A DNA stretch of 54,217 nt from NCBI GenBank assembly GCA_029288835.1, contig JARIGN010000002.1:1-54217 (forward strand), read 5' to 3'. The position numbers were made by a program, and so were the translations under genes. The DNA comes from Candidatus Kaiserbacteria bacterium (lineage in GTDB: Bacteria > Patescibacteriota > Minisyncoccia > Phycocordibacterales > Phycocordibacteraceae). Positions 49,880-54,217 of the stretch are shown here, piece after piece (within the stretch, counting starts at the first letter, position 1; each line of letters opens with the position of its first letter). The notes under the pieces were generated by a model that saw nothing but the letters and a program-made list of their open reading frames with translations, ran no database searches and was not told the DNA's origin.

Positions 49880-50302
49880 GGGGGTGACCGGTTTTGACGG
49901 TCTGCTCTTTGAGAGACGTGCGACGCGGTGCAAGCTTGTTGAACACCTAAATCTTACAAGCAACGATACTTGCAAACACTTCTGTTGCAAGCGCAAAGAG
50001 CGTTCGCTCACCGTTTACGATGGCGGACTTCGACTTTGTGCTCGCCTAACGAGGCTTGAGCTTTTGCTCGCTTCGCTCTGCGACGTTCATACCTCCAGGA
50101 TCCTTTAGCTGGTGGTATGGGCGGAATTCTCTAGAGGATCGGACGGCGCGCGTACCCGCGCACGCCTCCTAAAAATTCGGGTGTAGGTAGGGCGAGTTTG
50201 GTTTCTGTTTTCATCGCCCTACTGAATCTTAAATAGAGACTACGCGTCGTAGACTCGCTCTCAAAGCCGGATTCGGACGGGGGATCAAACCCCCCACCTC
50301 CA
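49880..50302 (+). ncRNA. ssrA: tmRNA
   Basis: 5' GGGGGTG...TTTTGAC pairs with 3' CACCTCC-A (G3:U70). P2 pairings CTTTGAGAG/CTCTCAAAG and TGCGACGCG/CGCGTCGTA. Tag ORF 49972-50049 reads ANTSVASAKSVRSPFTMADFDFVLA*. Confidence 0.93.
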
Positions 50303-50376
50303 CAAAAATAAGAAGCGTAGCGACTATATTTTTGTAGGATGTCGCAATTCCTATTGCGACACCACACTATTGATAT

Positions 50377-50407
50377 TTACAGAGCCGCCTTATGGCGGCT
50401 TTTGTAA
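50377..50407. terminator. Bidirectional terminator downstream of ssrA
   Basis: TTACAGAGCCGCC-TTAT-GGCGGCTTTTGTAA. Confidence 0.75.
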
Positions 50408-50408
50408 T

Positions 50409-50840
50409 TTAATAGACTTCCTGCTTTTTCAGTTTTGGTCTAAACGTTTGGTATGCATACCAGAGCGGACCAGAAAGCAACACTAAATCCGCCATAGATA
50501 AAATGAGAGAAGACAACAAATAATTCCCAGAATAGCCTAGAAAGGGAGTTAGCGTGTCCATTACGATTGATACCAAAAGCCCAAATAGAATCCAAAGAAA
50601 AGGCATACAAGCCCAAAGTACTGACTTCCGATATTCTGACCATACTATACATGTGATAGATCCGACGAAATACCCTACATTCATTAAGGTATAGAGATTA
50701 GAATTTAATGCCCCGTATACGCCCACATCAATACCATCAGCATTAATAACGAATAAAATAAAGATCAAAGGAAAGGAGAGGATCAAAAATATATTTAAAA
50801 TAATTAAGATAGTTCTTTTTAGGGGTAAGTCTTTGATCAT
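50409..50840 (-). CDS. Hypothetical four-TM membrane protein, AT-rich
   Basis: Four hydrophobic segments; TAGAAT-N6-ATG start; lies inside the direct-repeat-bounded segment. Confidence 0.7.
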   Translation of the reverse strand: MIKDLPLKRTILIILNIFLILSFPLIFILFVINADGIDVGVYGALNSNLYTLMNVGYFVGSITCIVWSEYRKSVLWACMPFLWILFGLLVSIVMDTLTPFLGYSGNYLLSSLILSMADLVLLSGPLWYAYQTFRPKLKKQEVY

Positions 50841-50921
50841 GAACTAATTCTATCAAGTAAAGAAAAGATAAGTGGCGTTAAGCATAAAGAACAGAGTACA
50901 GAGGAATCTCTTTAATAGCGA

Positions 50922-51899
50922 CTATATTACCTCCCGCACCCCATACCTCCTCTCCTTCCCCGACGTGTTATAGAAAATGCGCAGGAGTAAGTCGATGATT
51001 ATGCCGAAGCTGAACAGCATGATTGCCATGAGTAAAAAGAAAAAGGTGAGGAAGAACCAGCCGTTGTGGTTTACATGCACGCCGAGGGCGAGCTTTTGGT
51101 ATGCGGTGATGATAAAAGAGGCAATCGCGAGAGCAAAGGAGAGCAGCCCAAGGTATCCATAGAAATGAAACGGCCGGTCTGCATATTTATACAAAAACCA
51201 TATATAGATAAGGTCGATGAAACCGCGCAGCGCTTTCCCATAGCCATATTTGCTCGTTCCGTTTTTGCGCGGACGGTCATTGACCGGAAGCTCGCCGATG
51301 CGAAATCCTTTCCACCGCAAGAGCGCGAGAATATAGCGATGCATCTCACCATGCAGCTCAAGCTGCTCAAGCGCTTCGCGACGATACACGCGCAGCATGC
51401 AGCCTGAGTCGTGGATGTGGTCATTAATAAAAAGTTTTCGCAGGCTGCGGGCTGCGCGTGAAATTATCCGAATACCTTTTCGATCGTTACGCTCGGTCCT
51501 CCATCCTGCCACGACATCTAAATCATTTTCCTCGAGCTCGCGCAAAAGCTTCGGAATATCCTGCGGGTCATTTTGCCCGTCTCCGTCGAGCGAAACCACA
51601 AGCTCACCACGCGCCGCAGAAAATCCTGCGTCAAGCGCAGTGGACTGCCCATAGCGGCGCGTCAGCGAAAGCACCCGGACCAAATCATCCTGTGCAGCAA
51701 TCTTCTGTATCTGCTGAAGCGAGTCATCCGAGCTTCCATCATTCACATAGATAATTTCATACGGTCGCTCAAGCGCGTTGAGCACCTGCACGAGCTCTGC
51801 ATGCAGCGGCGCGATATTGCCGTCTTCGTTATAAATAGGAATGACGACGGAAAGCTCAGGCTCTGTGGTGCGTGGAGAGGTCGCCGAAATCTTGCTCAT
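50922..51899 (-). CDS. GT2 polyprenyl-phosphate glycosyltransferase (ArnC/GtrB-like)
   Basis: SVVIPIYNE, VNDGSSD, GQSTAL.AG, LDGDGQNDP, DSGC, HRYI, two C-terminal TMs. Confidence 0.92.
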   Translation of the reverse strand: MSKISATSPRTTEPELSVVIPIYNEDGNIAPLHAELVQVLNALERPYEIIYVNDGSSDDSLQQIQKIAAQDDLVRVLSLTRRYGQSTALDAGFSAARGELVVSLDGDGQNDPQDIPKLLRELEENDLDVVAGWRTERNDRKGIRIISRAARSLRKLFINDHIHDSGCMLRVYRREALEQLELHGEMHRYILALLRWKGFRIGELPVNDRPRKNGTSKYGYGKALRGFIDLIYIWFLYKYADRPFHFYGYLGLLSFALAIASFIITAYQKLALGVHVNHNGWFFLTFFFLLMAIMLFSFGIIIDLLLRIFYNTSGKERRYGVREVI

Positions 51900-51956
51900 G
51901 TCTCGAATGGTATACTAAGCGAAATTAAACGACAAACGTTTGCAACGCATATCGTA

Positions 51957-52280
51957 ATGACGCCCGATTCCCTTCATTTGCTTCTCGCTACACTCCTCAA
52001 CCCTTGGGTCATCATCGGCTTCTTCGGGCAGTTCGTATTCTTTTTGCGCTTCATCGTGCAGTGGATCGTGAGCGAAAAAAACGAGCGCGTCGTAGTGCCG
52101 CTTTCCTTTTGGTATCTCTCTATCGCGGGCTCCATCATCATCCTCATTTATTCTATTCACATACGCGACATCGTCTTTAGTACCGCACAAGTCGCGTCGC
52201 TCTTTATTTATGGAAGGAATTTGAGGTTCGAGGCGAAACTCCGAAAAGCGAAACATCCTCTCCCTGGTACAGAGGCGTAA
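51957..52280 (+). CDS. Lipid-A-disaccharide synthase N-terminal (LAB_N) domain membrane protein
   Basis: GFFGQFVFFLRFIVQWIVSE...VVPLSFWYLSIAG...YSI...D.VF...IYGRNL. Start set at MTPDSL. Confidence 0.9.
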   Translation: MTPDSLHLLLATLLNPWVIIGFFGQFVFFLRFIVQWIVSEKNERVVVPLSFWYLSIAGSIIILIYSIHIRDIVFSTAQVASLFIYGRNLRFEAKLRKAKHPLPGTEA

Positions 52281-53763
52281 AGGAGAATTCGGGAAGCGCG
52301 GAAGCAAGAGTGTTTTGTGGAGTGGTCGTGATGACCATTGCGCCGAGGGTCGGCTCGCTTGAGGTGCTTAAAAGATAAATGTACCGGTTTGGCGTTGAGG
52401 AAAGCGCGCTGTAGTAGAGAATGGTACCCAGGTCACTGTCATTATAGGTATACACGAGCGGGTTTGGTCCCGATGCTTTTATCATTTGCCCAATGTACTG
52501 CTCTTCAAAGGTGTACTCGTCTTGCCAGTGATAATAAGGGCTGATGTGCAGCACATTTTGTGTAGTCGCATACGCGCATACGGCGAACGTAACTACCACG
52601 ATAGCAAGGACTGCTCGGCGCTCCTCAGGATATTTCTCGAAAAGTTTCCATACTTCTGCACCTACGAGCGCAAGAAAGACGGCGAGAAACGGATAGAGCG
52701 GAATGAGATAGCTAAGCGCCTTTGTTTGGGAATTCAGCATGATTCCCATAATGGTGAGGACGGTAAAAAGTGAGGCGAGGCACACGTCTCGCGAGAGGCG
52801 CGGCATCTTTTTCCAAAGCAGTCCTAGCGCAAGCAAACCAAAAAAGAATAGCTCCGCCCACGGTGCGGCATAGTTTAAGAAATAGGTGAGGTAGTCGGTA
52901 TTACTCGGGCCGACTCCTTGGCCAAAGATATTATTTGAAACGCGCGCAAGCACTTCCATACCGAGGTAGCTATCCCAAAAGGCTTCGCCGAAGCGAATAG
53001 TTTCATAGAAATGCCATGGCACCATCACGACGAGCGCTGCTAAAGCACCAAGCCAAAAAAATTTATCTCGAAAGAAACGGAAATTCCTACTGGCAAGTGC
53101 ATAGCTCCCCACCGCCACTATGGCAAAGCCTGCTATGACATTTTTTGAAAGAACAGCGAGGCCAAAAAATATTCCAGCCGCCACATACCACACCGCTCTA
53201 TTTTTCTTCCACGCTCCCGTTTTTTCTTTTCGCTCTTCTTTTCCATTTTCTTTTTGTTTTTCTGCGGAAGGCTGCGTACGCAAAAACGCATAAAATGTTG
53301 CCGTGATAAAAAGAGACACCAAAATATCGAAACGCACCTGGCGCCCCGGTTCCATGAATGCCGTGGTGGTGGCGAGAATGCCACCGGCCAGAAGTGCTGC
53401 CCCGCTACCTACTGCCTCAAAGCATATGAGCATCACAACGAGGATGGTAAGAACTGCAGCACTCACGCTTGAAAGCCGCATGGCAAATTCGCTACCGGTT
53501 AGCGGTGCGAATACTTTCGTATCCACATCATTTATCCAAATCAAAAGGGGCGGCTTGCGCCAAAAGGGCGATCCTAAATAGGTTAAGGAGAGATAGTTTT
53601 CGTGCGCGAGGGATTCGTTGGTTACCTGGGCATAGGTGGCTTCGTCATAATCCTGAAAGGGTTCACGGCCGAGGTGATACAACAAAAGCAGCGCGGAAGA
53701 AAGAAGTATCACTACGACGAACGCTGGATAGAGGTATTTTTTATGTACCGCAAAGAAATTCAT
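52204..53763 (-). CDS. ArnT/GT83-like (PMT_2) GT-C glycosyltransferase
   Basis: DYDEATY, KPPLLIW, EFAMRL, RFD, LAVLSK, PWH, YLIPLYP; multi-TM. Confidence 0.9.
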   Translation of the reverse strand: MNFFAVHKKYLYPAFVVVILLSSALLLLYHLGREPFQDYDEATYAQVTNESLAHENYLSLTYLGSPFWRKPPLLIWINDVDTKVFAPLTGSEFAMRLSSVSAAVLTILVVMLICFEAVGSGAALLAGGILATTTAFMEPGRQVRFDILVSLFITATFYAFLRTQPSAEKQKENGKEERKEKTGAWKKNRAVWYVAAGIFFGLAVLSKNVIAGFAIVAVGSYALASRNFRFFRDKFFWLGALAALVVMVPWHFYETIRFGEAFWDSYLGMEVLARVSNNIFGQGVGPSNTDYLTYFLNYAAPWAELFFFGLLALGLLWKKMPRLSRDVCLASLFTVLTIMGIMLNSQTKALSYLIPLYPFLAVFLALVGAEVWKLFEKYPEERRAVLAIVVVTFAVCAYATTQNVLHISPYYHWQDEYTFEEQYIGQMIKASGPNPLVYTYNDSDLGTILYYSALSSTPNRYIYLLSTSSEPTLGAMVITTTPQNTLASALPEFSFTPLYQGEDVSLFGVSPRTSNSFHK

Positions 53764-53824
53764 ACTTTTCGTTGTTGTGCAGTTTACCATTTTAGGATAC
53801 GCCGCAATACGCTATGCTACCGGC

Positions 53825-54217
53825 ATGGCGAAGGCAGGAAAAATACTTGCAAAGGAATGGTTCGCGGGAGATGCGGTTGAGCTTGCGCCAAAGCTTTTAG
53901 GAAAAATAGTGAAGCATGGCGAATGCGCCGGCATCATCGTCGAGACGGAAGCATACACCACCGACGCAGCCTCCCATGCCTTCCGCATTACCCCACGCAG
54001 CGCAATGCTCCGCGACACCTACGGCATGTGGTATGTCTATTTCACCTATGGCATGCATTTTTGTGCGAACGTCACGACGAACAAAGGCGGAACGGGCGCG
54101 GTGCTGATTCGGGCAGTTGAACCAATAGAAGGTATAGAAAAAATGAGGGAGCGACGAAGCAAAGGTTCATCTAATAAGAATAAGGTGCTTTCTCTGCGAG
54201 AGCTAACGAATGGACCC
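53825..54217 (+). CDS. mpg: DNA-3-methyladenine glycosylase (MPG/AAG family), truncated by the window end
   Basis: LAPKLLGK...GIIVETEAY..DAASHA...YVYFTYGMHFCANV...GAVLIRAVEP...LTNGP; no stop within the window. Confidence 0.92.
   Translation, partial: MAKAGKILAKEWFAGDAVELAPKLLGKIVKHGECAGIIVETEAYTTDAASHAFRITPRSAMLRDTYGMWYVYFTYGMHFCANVTTNKGGTGAVLIRAVEPIEGIEKMRERRSKGSSNKNKVLSLRELTNGP

Larger units (their letters stand above)
50318..50928. repeat. 13-bp direct repeat TAGCGACTATATT bounding an AT-rich ~600-bp segment
   Basis: Copies at 50318-50330 and 50916-50928. Confidence 0.8.

Noticed and set aside
49884-50367. ORFs 49884-50108 and 50131-50367
   Set aside because: They fall within the tmRNA gene; the only credible frame is the tag.

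Overview
This 54-kb window looks like a small-genome Patescibacteria (CPR, Parcubacteria-like) chromosome using genetic code 11. That assignment is inferred from the monoderm-style type IV pilus loci with no secretin, CCA-less tRNA genes, tRNA-Ile(UAU) and CPR-typical hypothetical proteins. The window holds two type IV pilus loci. The first is a compact module (sensor kinase, stand-alone receiver, PilB, PilC, four minor pilins). The second is a full locus (pilM-N-O, pilB, receiver, pilT, pilC, major pilin, O-oligosaccharyltransferase-like gene, pilD, four minor pilins) next to comF. Housekeeping genes are gatCA, ligA, recG, ftsH, smpB-ssrA and mpg. There are also three tRNAs, a DinJ-YafQ pair, pyrD-pyrC and an ArnC/LAB_N/ArnT-like glycosylation trio. 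The best novel candidate is an orphan PemK/MazF-family RNase toxin with no protein antitoxin. It is faced by an unannotated ~70-nt three-hairpin RNA with its own sigma70 promoter, GNRA tetraloops and a strand-diagnostic G-U pair, which may be an RNA antitoxin. Other highlights: a PEPxxWA-CTERM protein inserted in the pilus locus, pervasive leaderless promoters (TAnnnT-N6-ATG), a 25-residue tmRNA tag, and a 13-bp direct-repeat-bounded AT-rich insertion just after ssrA. All product calls come from motif recognition by eye; no database searches were run.
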